Assembly (NCBI GenBank): GCA_013414795.1 | Contig: CP058732.1 | Coordinates: 1,097,744-1,161,743 of the forward strand | Origin: Candidatus Kapaibacterium sp. | GTDB lineage: Bacteria > Bacteroidota > Ignavibacteria > Kapaibacteriales > UBA2268 | Length of the DNA: 64,000 bases | Direction of reading: 5' to 3' | Part shown: positions 7,992 through 17,987 of the stretch, in pieces | Layout: every line of letters starts with the position of its first letter | How positions within the stretch are numbered: position 1 is the first letter of the stretch | Notes under the pieces: generated by a model | What the model saw: the letters and a program-made list of their open reading frames with translations, nothing else | Told to the model about the DNA's origin: nothing | Databases searched by the model: none | Translations under genes and position numbers: made by a program

Positions 7992-10334
7992 TTATTTATG
8001 TTCCTTGGAAGTGACAAAATGGAGATGCTTTCCAATTTCATACCTATAAGTTAGGACCAACCCGACGAGGACCAAGAAAATTGTAAGCGATGTAATAAAT
8101 GCCCCAAATTTAAATGCACTCGATTCAAACTTCATTTCAAGGATATGTTCACCTTTTGGAATTTCCACAGCACGGAAACAATAATTTGCTCGGTAAACTT
8201 CGAATTGAATTCCATCGACGTAGGCTTTCCAATCGGGATACCAAATTTCGCTTAAGACAAGAAAAGCAGACTTGTTGGTTTTTATACGATATTTGAAATA
8301 ATTGTCACTATAAAATAGACAAGTTACTGACACATCTGAAAGAGAGTCGGTAGTATTTTTTACGAAGGTTGGCATTTTTTCGAGCACGACTTTCCTTCGG
8401 TAATCAATCGGGGTTTTTTGCATATAATCTTTTATTTCGTTTTCCTTTACGACGACGAAACTATCAACAAGCCAGGCTCTCGGGTAATAGTTTTCTCTTT
8501 CGACAAAGCCCCAAGTTCCTTTTTCAAGGTCGATTTTTACTTCGTATTTGACATTATACAAATCGTTGACTTGTTTGGAATTTTTCAAAGGTGGAAGCAC
8601 TCTTTCAAGAATTAATGGATTGTAGCCATCGATAAGCATTATCCCGTCCATAAGTCCTTGGTTTCTTTGCAAAGCCATAAATCGAATTGGTTCGTATATT
8701 CTGGAACTGACCCGAAAAATTTCGTTAGGAATTTTAGGAGTAAGCACTGCCTTGAGTTCTGGTCTAATTTCGTAAACTTTTTCTGGGTTGTTAGGGTTTC
8801 TGTTGAAATTTGCACCAACTAAATATAAATCAATAAACGAAAGAATAGAAAATATAATCCCAGCAACAGAAGGAGTTAAAATGGCTTTGTTCAACAAGAT
8901 TCCAATCGTTGCAACCAGCAAAATGAAAATTAAAGCAAAAGACCCAGAATCTTTTATGGTTTGATGAGCAATTACCGGGGCGTTGAAAATTTCGATGAAA
9001 CTTCCAGAAGCAGCCAGCAATGCAATGATTGTGGCAACTACAAGTGGAATAACAAACTTTATGAGAGTTTCGTTTTTGAAAGCGTTTTGCCAGAGGTAAT
9101 CGAAACCGAAGCCAGCCATAATCGTCATTCCAAGGATAAGAAAGAAAATCATTCTTCCTGGATTTCGGAAAACTCCAAAAAAAGGAAGATTGTACAATAA
9201 ATCGAAAACTGGGCTACCCCCGCCAAGTGCAAAAAGAAAACCGAAGACTGAAAGTATTGTAAAAAGAATTATGTAGCGATTCCTATAACCAAAAATAATT
9301 GCAAACAATCCAAGGATTGCAGAAGTAATTCCAAAATAATAAGTTGTTTCCCAAAAGAAGTGTATTTGTAATTCCTCGCCAAAACGAAGGTAAAAAGTGG
9401 AATTATCCAATTGTGAGCCTTCGACCCAACCGAAAAGTTTAGGAACTATTGCAGTATAGATTTGTTTGAATTGGAAAGCACCTTCTGTTGCTTTTTGATA
9501 CGAAACTTCGTTCCTTTGAGCATATTTGGATAAGTCCTTTGAAGGGAAGTATTGTATTGCAAATATTCCAAAAGCAACAATAAAAGGAACAAAGAACATC
9601 GCAAGTGCTTTTAAGATGTATCGAGGATTAAATTTGCCTTTAAAATAGAAAATCAAGGTGTAAATTCCAACCATTCCAAGCAATGTTAGAACGTAAAGCG
9701 TAGTTTGTGGATGTCCTGAAAGCAAAGTTAAACCGAGGATTAAACCAGCAATAATTGAATAGAAAATTTTGTTTTCCTCGAATCCTTTAATAAAATACAG
9801 TAAAATCAATGGTAACCAGGCAAGATGGTAGATAATCATTGGATGGATAACGTGGGCTACCATAAACATTGAGAAGGAGTAGGAAATAGCCGAAATCAAA
9901 GCCCCATAGGAAGAAATTTTTAGGTAACGGGCGAAGAGATATGTATTAATTTGTGCAAAAAGAAAATGTAAAATTATTATCAATTCAAGAGCAAGGACTG
10001 GAAGATTATTCCCCGAAATTGTGAAGAGAGAAAGAATTCGGTTAAATATATAGAAGAAACCAACTTGGATGTCTGAAAGGAAAGGCATTCCTGCAAATGT
10101 GTAAGGGTTCCAGAATGGAATTTCTCCCTTTGCAAAAGTTTTTGCTGCAAAGTTTTGGACTGGGTAGACGTATTCGACAAAATCTTCCCAAAAGAATGAG
10201 TTCGAAAATATTTGGTCGTAAAAAAAGATAAAAGTTGTTGTAAGGAAAAGCAAGAAAACAATCCAAAATGGTAACGCTTTTGGCTCTTTGACAGCCAAAA
10301 CAACATTTCTTTTTTTCTTTGAAGTTTTTGCCAT
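7992..10334 (-). CDS. YfhO-family polytopic membrane protein (GT-C-fold glycosyltransferase-like)
   Basis: GEIPFWNPYTFAGMP, LSGHPQ, YPRAW, LVLSEIWYPDWKAYVDG...RANYCFRAV. ATG 10334 preferred over TTG 10364. Confidence 0.85.
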   Translation of the reverse strand: MAKTSKKKRNVVLAVKEPKALPFWIVFLLFLTTTFIFFYDQIFSNSFFWEDFVEYVYPVQNFAAKTFAKGEIPFWNPYTFAGMPFLSDIQVGFFYIFNRILSLFTISGNNLPVLALELIIILHFLFAQINTYLFARYLKISSYGALISAISYSFSMFMVAHVIHPMIIYHLAWLPLILLYFIKGFEENKIFYSIIAGLILGLTLLSGHPQTTLYVLTLLGMVGIYTLIFYFKGKFNPRYILKALAMFFVPFIVAFGIFAIQYFPSKDLSKYAQRNEVSYQKATEGAFQFKQIYTAIVPKLFGWVEGSQLDNSTFYLRFGEELQIHFFWETTYYFGITSAILGLFAIIFGYRNRYIILFTILSVFGFLFALGGGSPVFDLLYNLPFFGVFRNPGRMIFFLILGMTIMAGFGFDYLWQNAFKNETLIKFVIPLVVATIIALLAASGSFIEIFNAPVIAHQTIKDSGSFALIFILLVATIGILLNKAILTPSVAGIIFSILSFIDLYLVGANFNRNPNNPEKVYEIRPELKAVLTPKIPNEIFRVSSRIYEPIRFMALQRNQGLMDGIMLIDGYNPLILERVLPPLKNSKQVNDLYNVKYEVKIDLEKGTWGFVERENYYPRAWLVDSFVVVKENEIKDYMQKTPIDYRRKVVLEKMPTFVKNTTDSLSDVSVTCLFYSDNYFKYRIKTNKSAFLVLSEIWYPDWKAYVDGIQFEVYRANYCFRAVEIPKGEHILEMKFESSAFKFGAFITSLTIFLVLVGLVLTYRYEIGKHLHFVTSKEHK

Positions 10335-10341
10335 ATATAAC

Positions 10342-11070
10342 CTAAAGTTTTTTGGCAATTGCAATTAAAGAGAGTCCAAAAGGAAATCTCAAAAATGGCA
10401 GCAATTTCTTTTCCAACAAAAAAATTTTGGTTAGTATATTGTTAAGGAGCTCGGAAACTGGGGTAACTGGCGGAGTTTCTTCTATGCTTGTTTTTCTTTC
10501 AAAAATTCTCATTACAACTGCGGGAAAGAAAAGCAATGTGTTAAAGTATGAAACATATTGAATTTTGTATCCAGCATTTCGAAGTGAATTAATAAGACTT
10601 TTTTTGTTATATCGCCGAAAGTGCATATGCAAAATGTCGTGGTTACTCCAAAGCCATTGATATGCGGGAACAGTTACGATTAGATAGCCATCATTTTCAA
10701 GCAATGAAGCAAGCCTTTTCAATGTAGTAACATCGTCTTCTATATGCTCAATTACATCAAGGGCAAAAATTGCTTTGGGCATTGTTCCGTTATGTCTGAA
10801 ATCGTCCAAAGTAGATTGGAAGACATTTTGTAAGCCACGTTTTTTGCAGAATTCAATCGCAATTGGTGATGGGTCGATTCCTATCACATTATATTTTTTT
10901 GACAGTAGGGAAGCAAAACCACCAGTTCCACAACCGAAATCTAATACTGTTTCACCATTGGCAAGGTTTGCAACACGCTCAAATACTGTGAGAACAATTT
11001 GATTGCGTGCAACAAACCACCAGTATTTATCTTCTAATTCAAAATTTGTTTGATATACTTGTTCAAACAT
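10342..11070 (-). CDS. Class I SAM-dependent methyltransferase (glycan-locus type)
   Basis: WWFVAR, VLDFGCGTG, LDVIEH, TVPAYQWLWSNHD...HFRRY. Confidence 0.9.
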   Translation of the reverse strand: MFEQVYQTNFELEDKYWWFVARNQIVLTVFERVANLANGETVLDFGCGTGGFASLLSKKYNVIGIDPSPIAIEFCKKRGLQNVFQSTLDDFRHNGTMPKAIFALDVIEHIEDDVTTLKRLASLLENDGYLIVTVPAYQWLWSNHDILHMHFRRYNKKSLINSLRNAGYKIQYVSYFNTLLFFPAVVMRIFERKTSIEETPPVTPVSELLNNILTKIFLLEKKLLPFLRFPFGLSLIAIAKKL

Positions 11071-11150
11071 TAATTAAGAAAAAGTAATTTTGAGTAAAAA
11101 CTAATTTACTTCTATTATTTGAATAAAACAAATTTGTAAAGATTGGTTAA

Positions 11151-12548
11151 TTAATCAAATTTCCACTCTTTTTGCTTTTTAAGTCTTTTGTCAAGGCCAT
11201 TTTTCTTCAAGAGTTCGATAACTTCTTGCCTTTGCAAGCGAGGAAAGTCAATTGAAGATTTGGCAAGTTCATATATGAGAATTGACAAAATTCCTGCTGA
11301 ATTTGATATATACTTTTTGTTAACCTTATCGAATGTATCACCGAAATCGTGGTAGTGGTGGTACATTGATTCATCCATCCAGCCAAGTGGTGTAATTGAG
11401 GGAATTCCTTCGAACATAAAGTACATATGGTCGCTGTTTGTCCAAGGTCGACTAATTACCCCATCTTTAAGATTAAAGCCTTCGAGGTTTTCGACAATGG
11501 AATTTGTAATTGAATCAAGGAAAGTAAAGCCCATTGTGTTAAAACCAGTTGGGTCGCCTGGCATATCCAAATTAATCATTAGTTCGACTTCGTCCTTGTG
11601 TTTCTTTGCATATCGTTTGGAGCCCCACAAACCAAGTTCCTCGCCGTTAAACCAGACTATTTCAATTGTGTAGTAGAAATCTTTGAATCTGGAAAGATTG
11701 CGGGCTATTTCGTACAAAACGGCAATACCAACACCGTTGTCGACAGCGCCCTGGCTAATATCCCAGGAATCGAAGTGTCCTCCGACAACTATTTTCCTTT
11801 GTGATTTGCCAGGTATAGTAAAAATCACATTGCTGGATTTGCTTGGTTTGCAATAGGAGTTGCTTTTTACCTGGACTATGGATGTTATTTTCCTCTTTAA
11901 TAAACGTTTCAAGATTTGACCATCTTCGTAAGTTATACTAAAGGCTGGAATTGGATTGGGTTCGCCTTGAAAATTTCCTACGCCAGCGAGTACCAAACCT
12001 CCTTGCTTGTCATTTATGAAAAGAATTGCTTTTGCACCTTTACGAGCAGCAATTTCAATGGCTTCGTAACGAAGGAGTTCTTCTTTGTTTTTTGGTCGCT
12101 CCTGGGTAACAATAACAATTTTGTTTTTTGCATCAATGTTTACGTAGTCTTCTTCATATCCATATTGTGCAAAAACTACGGGAGCCTCGATTAATTCGCT
12201 TGGATTGTTGAAACCAAGAGCGACACATCTGAAAATCTTTTCAAATGGGAAAATCAGTTGGACACTGTCTGCTTTCCGAACCCAACCAGGGAAATCGAAA
12301 TCTTCGAGTTTCAAGGAAAGTTTATCTTTTTTTGCTTCCTCAATTAAAATTTGTATTGCTTTTTCATTTGGAGCAGACCCAGCAATTCTTCCGCCCGCCT
12401 CGTCGCAAATCCTTTCTAAAACCTCGTAGCCACGATTATGAAAATATGAAAATGTTAGAATATCCTTCCACTCTGGTCTTTGTGCTAAAACAAAAAATGC
12501 GTCGAAGAAAATGGCTATGCTTAAAATTAGAATAAGTTTTATTCTCAA
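11151..12548 (-). CDS. Secreted M28 metallopeptidase with PA domain (carboxypeptidase Q-like)
   Basis: GGRIAGS, GGHFDSWD...GAVDNG, GEELGLWGS, NSDH, HHYHDFGDT; TTG start overlaps the hemerythrin stop. Confidence 0.88.
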   Translation of the reverse strand: MRIKLILILSIAIFFDAFFVLAQRPEWKDILTFSYFHNRGYEVLERICDEAGGRIAGSAPNEKAIQILIEEAKKDKLSLKLEDFDFPGWVRKADSVQLIFPFEKIFRCVALGFNNPSELIEAPVVFAQYGYEEDYVNIDAKNKIVIVTQERPKNKEELLRYEAIEIAARKGAKAILFINDKQGGLVLAGVGNFQGEPNPIPAFSITYEDGQILKRLLKRKITSIVQVKSNSYCKPSKSSNVIFTIPGKSQRKIVVGGHFDSWDISQGAVDNGVGIAVLYEIARNLSRFKDFYYTIEIVWFNGEELGLWGSKRYAKKHKDEVELMINLDMPGDPTGFNTMGFTFLDSITNSIVENLEGFNLKDGVISRPWTNSDHMYFMFEGIPSITPLGWMDESMYHHYHDFGDTFDKVNKKYISNSAGILSILIYELAKSSIDFPRLQRQEVIELLKKNGLDKRLKKQKEWKFD

Positions 12549-12952
12549 TTTAAGCCTTTTTCGTTTAGGAATTTGCCAAATTTTTTGTCTTTAACCAATA
12601 TATGGTCAAGTAACCAATTTCGAAGGAAATTCATAATTTGGATTGTTACTATTGCATTGCCAGATTTAAAATCTTCGTGAAATCTTTTTACTTCATCGGT
12701 TAACTTTTCGTGTTCGTAACGATGGCTGTCGTAATCGCTATAGCCAAATTTTACCATATATTCTTCTTCGGTTTTAAAATGAGTATTCACATATTGAATT
12801 AATTCGAAAAGTACCTTCCCCATTACTTCTTTCCCTTTCCCAGCCCCCATTGCATCGTGGAGTTCATTAATTATTCTAACTAACTGCTTATGTTGGTTGT
12901 CAATATGGGTTACCCCAACTGAATAAGTATCATTCCAATCAATAAAAGCCAT
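12545..12952 (-). CDS. Bacteriohemerythrin (single domain)
   Basis: W...YSVGV..IDNQH, HFKTEE, HRYEH, WLLDHILVKD di-iron ligands; GGAGG RBS. Confidence 0.95.
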   Translation of the reverse strand: MAFIDWNDTYSVGVTHIDNQHKQLVRIINELHDAMGAGKGKEVMGKVLFELIQYVNTHFKTEEEYMVKFGYSDYDSHRYEHEKLTDEVKRFHEDFKSGNAIVTIQIMNFLRNWLLDHILVKDKKFGKFLNEKGLN

Positions 12953-12979
12953 ATTTCCTCCAAAGAATATTTGAAATTA

Positions 12980-12987
12980 CAAATTTA
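12980..12987 (-). promoter_or_regulatory. -7 promoter element (TAAATTTG) of the hemerythrin-M28 unit
   Basis: caaattta on + strand reads TAnnTTTG on - strand. Confidence 0.5.
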
Positions 12988-13130
12988 AAAAGTGAATGAA
13001 AATTGATTAATCATTGACTAAGAAAAAATCGGGAATATTATTTTTATATCAAATATGTTGCAAAAATATGGGTGCAACTATTTCAAATAATTTCCGTAAT
13101 TTTATTTTGCTTTAAGTTAAAGGAGAAAAA

Positions 13131-15005
13131 ATGCCAGAGCAGTTTAAGACCAATGTACCAATACCTCCCCAATATGAGCCCACTCGAAAACGGTCCCGTT
13201 GGTGGGTTCCAATTGTTATTATTGGGGTGGTTGTTCTTTTCTTTCTTGTTGTGTTTATTATGATTTTCTCGTCGATTTCCAATCTATTTGAACGAGAACC
13301 AGTTGTTGTTAAAACAAATTCGGTACTCGTAATTAACCTAAACAGACCCATTGCCGAATACGTTGGCGAATCGCTGTCTTCTTTGTTTTCGCAAGATGGA
13401 ACTATTGCATATTACGATTTACTTAAAGCAATAGAAAACGCTTCAACTGATAACAAAATCAAAGGAATTTACCTTCGTTGCTCTGCTTCAATGATTGGTT
13501 GGGCGAAAAGAGTGGAACTTGTTGAAGCCTTGGAACGATTTAAAAAATCGGGAAAGTTCATTTATGCCTTCATCGAAGTTGGAAACGAAAATGATTATTA
13601 CCTTGCGCTACCGTCTGATAAAATTTTCCTCGCAAGGGAAGGTGTAGTTGAAATGAATGGTTTCTCCATTTCTGCTTTGTTTTTAAAAGGTTTGTTCGAC
13701 AAAATAGGGATTGAGTATTATGTCCAGCAATTTGAAGATTATAAATCTGCTGGCGAAACTTATAGCCGAACTAAATTTAGTGATAGCGCAAGAGTTGCTT
13801 ATAAAGACTTACTTCTACAAAGATATGAGTTGTTTCTCGCTGGTGTGGAAAAATATAGGAAAATTAAAAGAGAATTAATTGTTGATGTTTTAAACCGAGG
13901 GGTCTATTCGCCCGATTCTCTTTTGGCTCTTGGTTTTGTAGATTCACTAATCAATGACAATCAAGCAAAAGACTATATTCGTGGCATAGTTTCTGGCGAA
14001 AAGGACAAAGTCGACACTAGTAAATCGAAGGTGAATTTTGTTGATGTCTCGGATTATATTAAAAGCGAAGATTTTGGGGCAAATGAAAATCGAGATAAAG
14101 AAAAGGCAATTGCCATTGTATACGCATCTGGTCCAATTGTGCAACGAATTCAAAAGTCCCCGCTAAGCACTGATGTTGAAATTGACCCAGATTCGTTCAT
14201 CAAAAATTTAAAGAAAGCAAGAGACGACAAAAAGGTAAAAGCAATTATTATTCGGATTGATAGTCCTGGTGGTTCCGTAATAGCATCGGACGAAATTTGG
14301 AACGAGATTGAAAAAACAAAGAAGATTAAACCAGTTTACGCCTCGATGAGCGATGTTGCTGCCTCTGGGGGTTATTACATTGCAATGGCTTGCGATACGA
14401 TAATTGCCCATCCAGCGACAATCACGGGGTCGATTGGGGTGATTTCAATTGTGCCTAATTTCAGTTCAATGATGAACAAAATTGGGGTTACTGTCGACAC
14501 AATTTCGACCAATAATGCATCTCAAGATTTAAATCTATTCATTCCTTTCTCCAAGAGGCAGAAAGAAAAACTCGAAGAACTTTCGAGACCAATTTATTTC
14601 CGTTTTCTCGAGAAAGTTGCAAAAAGTAGAAAGAAAACCCTTGAAGAGGTTAGAAGTGTTGCGAAAGGTAGAGTTTGGACTGGGGAAAAGGCTTTGGAAA
14701 AAGGTTTGGTTGATGTGCTTGGTGGACTTCAAGATGCAATTACAATAGCAAGCAAACGCATTGGTGTTGTGAATCCAACAATTAAGCGATATCCTCGCCC
14801 AATGGAAGATTTTGAAATTCTTTTAAATCTTTTCTCCAAGAAAAAAGACGAAGCCAAAGGAATACAAGAAACTGGTATTTTGAATATTTTGTCATTGTTC
14901 CCACAAGAATTGAAAATGCAAGTTTTGCAATATTTGCAATTTTACTATTTATCTCATAAGGAACAAAATTTGGTAATTTTACCTTATCTGATATGGATTA
15001 ATTAA
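13131..15005 (+). CDS. sppA: Signal peptide peptidase A, 67K type (S49)
   Basis: N-terminal TM; YKSAGE, RIDSPGGS, AASGGYY, TGSIGV, GRVWTG. Confidence 0.95.
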   Translation: MPEQFKTNVPIPPQYEPTRKRSRWWVPIVIIGVVVLFFLVVFIMIFSSISNLFEREPVVVKTNSVLVINLNRPIAEYVGESLSSLFSQDGTIAYYDLLKAIENASTDNKIKGIYLRCSASMIGWAKRVELVEALERFKKSGKFIYAFIEVGNENDYYLALPSDKIFLAREGVVEMNGFSISALFLKGLFDKIGIEYYVQQFEDYKSAGETYSRTKFSDSARVAYKDLLLQRYELFLAGVEKYRKIKRELIVDVLNRGVYSPDSLLALGFVDSLINDNQAKDYIRGIVSGEKDKVDTSKSKVNFVDVSDYIKSEDFGANENRDKEKAIAIVYASGPIVQRIQKSPLSTDVEIDPDSFIKNLKKARDDKKVKAIIIRIDSPGGSVIASDEIWNEIEKTKKIKPVYASMSDVAASGGYYIAMACDTIIAHPATITGSIGVISIVPNFSSMMNKIGVTVDTISTNNASQDLNLFIPFSKRQKEKLEELSRPIYFRFLEKVAKSRKKTLEEVRSVAKGRVWTGEKALEKGLVDVLGGLQDAITIASKRIGVVNPTIKRYPRPMEDFEILLNLFSKKKDEAKGIQETGILNILSLFPQELKMQVLQYLQFYYLSHKEQNLVILPYLIWIN

Positions 15006-15048
15006 GTTGTTTTGCTTTAAGTTCGGACGAAAAAACAAAGAAAAACGC

Positions 15049-15075
15049 AAGGGGGCAGTTGCCCCTTTTGTTTTA
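15049..15075. terminator. Probable bidirectional terminator between sppA and fcl
   Basis: aagggggc-agtt-gcccctttt hairpin with A-rich and T-rich flanks between convergent genes. Confidence 0.7.
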
Positions 15076-15098
15076 TTATAAGTGATTTTAGGAAATTA

Positions 15099-16169
15099 TC
15101 ATTCAGTGTTTTGTATATAGTAATCAACTACTTTTTTTATGCCTTCTTCCAATGGGGTTTTAGGAGACCAGCCTAAAGATTTCGCTCTGGAAATATCCAA
15201 AAGTTTTCTCGGGGTTCCTTCTGGTTTGCTACTATCCCAGATGATTTCACCTTTGAAGCCAACAATAGATTTGATGAGTTCTGCAAGTTCTTTGATGGTG
15301 ATGTCTTCCCCAGTTCCGATATTGACGAAAGGCTCTGTGTCTTTGGCATCAAAATTTTCCATAAAGAAGACGCAAGCGTCTGCAAGGTCATCAACATAAA
15401 GGAATTCCCGTCGTGCTTTACCTTCGCCCCAAAGAGTAACACTTTCACCAGTTATTCCAATTTCTTCGAGAGATTTGATAATGTTACTTATATTGTTGAT
15501 ATCAATCCTTTCATCAATTCCAAATCCAATTTTATTTCGTGACACATCTTTGATTAGAAAATTCAAATTTTTTTCTGCAATTGCTTTTGCAAGAAGGAAT
15601 TTTCTAATCAACGCTGGTAGCACGTGGGAAGTTTCAAGATTAAAATTATCTTTCACACCGTAGAGGTTTGTCGGCATAAGTGATATGAAGTTAGTTCCAT
15701 ATTGGAAATTATAGGCTTGGCAGATTTTAATTGCTGCGATTTTTGCAATTGCATAGGGTTCGTTTGTTGGTTCAAGTTCGCCAGTGAGCAAATATTCCTC
15801 TCGCAAAGGTTGGGGAGCATATTTTGGATAGATACAAGAAGAGCCAAGATTTAGAAGTTTTTTCACCCTAAATTTGTAAGCAGAATGTATTACATTTAGT
15901 GCAATTGCAAGATTGTCGTAAATAAATTCAGCGCGGTAAGTGTTGTTGGCGTAAATTCCTCCAACCTTCGCTGCGGCGAGGAAAACATACTCTGGCTTGT
16001 TTTCATCGAAGTATTTTTCTGTATCTTGTTGTCTTCGTAAGTCAAGGTCAGAGCGAGTAGGTGTTAAGATATTTTTATAACCTCGTTCTAATAATTTTTT
16101 TACAATGGAGGAGCCAACAAGCCCGTTTGCCCCAGCAACAAATATTTTTGGATTAAACTCAGACTTCAT
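15099..16169 (-). CDS. fcl: GDP-L-fucose synthase
   Basis: [45 protein letters not shown]. Confidence 0.97.
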   Translation of the reverse strand: MKSEFNPKIFVAGANGLVGSSIVKKLLERGYKNILTPTRSDLDLRRQQDTEKYFDENKPEYVFLAAAKVGGIYANNTYRAEFIYDNLAIALNVIHSAYKFRVKKLLNLGSSCIYPKYAPQPLREEYLLTGELEPTNEPYAIAKIAAIKICQAYNFQYGTNFISLMPTNLYGVKDNFNLETSHVLPALIRKFLLAKAIAEKNLNFLIKDVSRNKIGFGIDERIDINNISNIIKSLEEIGITGESVTLWGEGKARREFLYVDDLADACVFFMENFDAKDTEPFVNIGTGEDITIKELAELIKSIVGFKGEIIWDSSKPEGTPRKLLDISRAKSLGWSPKTPLEEGIKKVVDYYIQNTE

Positions 16170-17316
16170 TTATTATATCGTTTTGTTCGACAAACTTATG
16201 TTCTGTCCATCCAAAGCCTTTTTCTTTTGCGATACGATAGCCTTCGAGTTTTGGTTTTAGTCCAACCAGAAGGAAATCGTAGTCAACCATTATTTTAACT
16301 AAATCTTTGAAAAGAATTTGGGGCTCCCAACCAAGTAATTTTTTTGCTTTACTAGAATCAGCAAGTAAGAAATCAACTTCGGTAGGTCTAAAATATCGTT
16401 CTTTCAATTCAATCAAGATGTCACCAGTCTTAATCAAGCCATTCCATTTTTGGTCGAAACTTTTCACTATTCCAACTTCTTCCAATCCTTTGCCTTTCCA
16501 TTCAATTTCTATATCGCAGTAATTGAAGGCTTCTTCAATAAATTCTCTTACGGAGTGACTTTCGCCAGTGCCGATAACGAAGTCGTCTGGCTGGTCGTAT
16601 TGAAGAATTTTCCACATCAAACGAACATATTCGGGTGCATAGCCCCAATCTCTTTTTGCGTCCAAATTTCCTAAGAAGAGTTTCTTTTGCTTACCAGCTA
16701 AAATGTTTGCAATGCCACGAGTGATTTTCCTTGTAACAAAAATTTCGCCTCGGCGAGGGCTTTCGTGGTTAAAGAGTATTCCGTTGGAAGCAAAAATCTT
16801 GTATGCATTACGATAATTTACGACCATCCAATAAGAATATAATTTTGCGATAGCGTAGGGGCTTTGTGGGGCAAATGGTGAATTTTCGTTCTGTGGTGGA
16901 GGCGTTTTCCCAAAAAGTTCTGATGAAGACGCTTGGTAGAACTTCGTTTTAACACCACTACGCCGAATAGCCTCCAAAATTCTTGTAGTACCCAGTCCAG
17001 TAACATTTCCAGTGAACTCTGGTAAATCGAAGGAAACACGCACGTGGCTTTGAGCCCCAAGATGGTAAATTTCCTCTGGTTGGATGTTGTAAATTAATTC
17101 AGTCAGTATTCCAGAATCGGAAAGGTCGCCATAATGGAGTCTCAATTTAGATTCTGGATGTTCCGTTGGGTCTAAATAAATGTGGTCAATTCGTTGGGTG
17201 TTAAACGTACTTGCTCGACGGATGACACCGTGGACCTCGTAGCCCATTTCCAAAAGATATTCGGCAAGATATGAACCATCTTGCCCAGTTATTCCCGTTA
17301 TTAATGCTTTTTTCAT
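16159..17316 (-). CDS. gmd: GDP-mannose 4,6-dehydratase
   Basis: [36 protein letters not shown]. Confidence 0.98.
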   Translation of the reverse strand: MKKALITGITGQDGSYLAEYLLEMGYEVHGVIRRASTFNTQRIDHIYLDPTEHPESKLRLHYGDLSDSGILTELIYNIQPEEIYHLGAQSHVRVSFDLPEFTGNVTGLGTTRILEAIRRSGVKTKFYQASSSELFGKTPPPQNENSPFAPQSPYAIAKLYSYWMVVNYRNAYKIFASNGILFNHESPRRGEIFVTRKITRGIANILAGKQKKLFLGNLDAKRDWGYAPEYVRLMWKILQYDQPDDFVIGTGESHSVREFIEEAFNYCDIEIEWKGKGLEEVGIVKSFDQKWNGLIKTGDILIELKERYFRPTEVDFLLADSSKAKKLLGWEPQILFKDLVKIMVDYDFLLVGLKPKLEGYRIAKEKGFGWTEHKFVEQNDIINEV

Positions 17317-17355
17317 AAGATTTTGTAATTTCTATTTGTTTTGTTATGTAAATTT

Positions 17356-17363
17356 CAAATTTA
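17356..17363 (-). promoter_or_regulatory. -7 promoter element (TAAATTTG) of gmd-fcl
   Basis: caaattta on + strand, about 40 nt upstream of gmd. Confidence 0.45.
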
Positions 17364-17372
17364 ATAGAAAAT

Positions 17373-17987
17373 ATGAAAAAATTCTTGTTTATTTTAATAA
17401 TGGTATTATTCTTTGCTTTTGTGAATTTTGTTCAAACTCAAAACGATGTTATAGTCGACTCGAATATGACTTTCCAAGAGGCTATTCGGGGAACAAAAGC
17501 ACCAAAGGAAATCATAGACTCGCTTGTTTTAATTGATGTATTTTATTACTCCTTTGACAAGAAATTGCATAAAGGTCAACTTGTAATTCACAAAGATTTG
17601 AAGGATGAAGTGCTTGAAATCTTCGAAATGATTAAAGTGTTGAAATTTCCCATTGGGAAAGTTATTCCAATTGTAAAATACAACTGGTCTGATGAAAAAT
17701 CTATGCTCGATAATAATACCTCCTCGTTCAATTACCGTACAATAGCGGGTACCAACCGTTTATCACTCCACGCAAGAGGTCGTGCAATAGATATTAATCC
17801 TTTTTTAAATCCAGTTGTTTACAGCGATGGGAGGGTTGAACCAAAAGGAGCCAAGTACGAACCAAAAAGGTTAGGGACTTTATATGATACGCATCCCGTC
17901 GTTCTGGAATTTAAACATTTAGGCTGGCGGTGGGGTGGCGATTTTCAATCGTATAAAGATTATCATCATTTTGACAAAGAGAAATGA
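17373..17987 (+). CDS. M15-family peptidoglycan metallopeptidase (D-Ala-D-Ala carboxypeptidase-like)
   Basis: FNYR, SLHARGRAIDINP, GWRWGG, DYHHF; signal peptide. Confidence 0.9.
   Translation: MKKFLFILIMVLFFAFVNFVQTQNDVIVDSNMTFQEAIRGTKAPKEIIDSLVLIDVFYYSFDKKLHKGQLVIHKDLKDEVLEIFEMIKVLKFPIGKVIPIVKYNWSDEKSMLDNNTSSFNYRTIAGTNRLSLHARGRAIDINPFLNPVVYSDGRVEPKGAKYEPKRLGTLYDTHPVVLEFKHLGWRWGGDFQSYKDYHHFDKEK

Noticed and set aside
15430..15590. About 45-aa insertion in Fcl relative to E. coli
   Set aside because: In frame with no intein motifs; a similar long form is familiar from Bacteroidota-type Fcl
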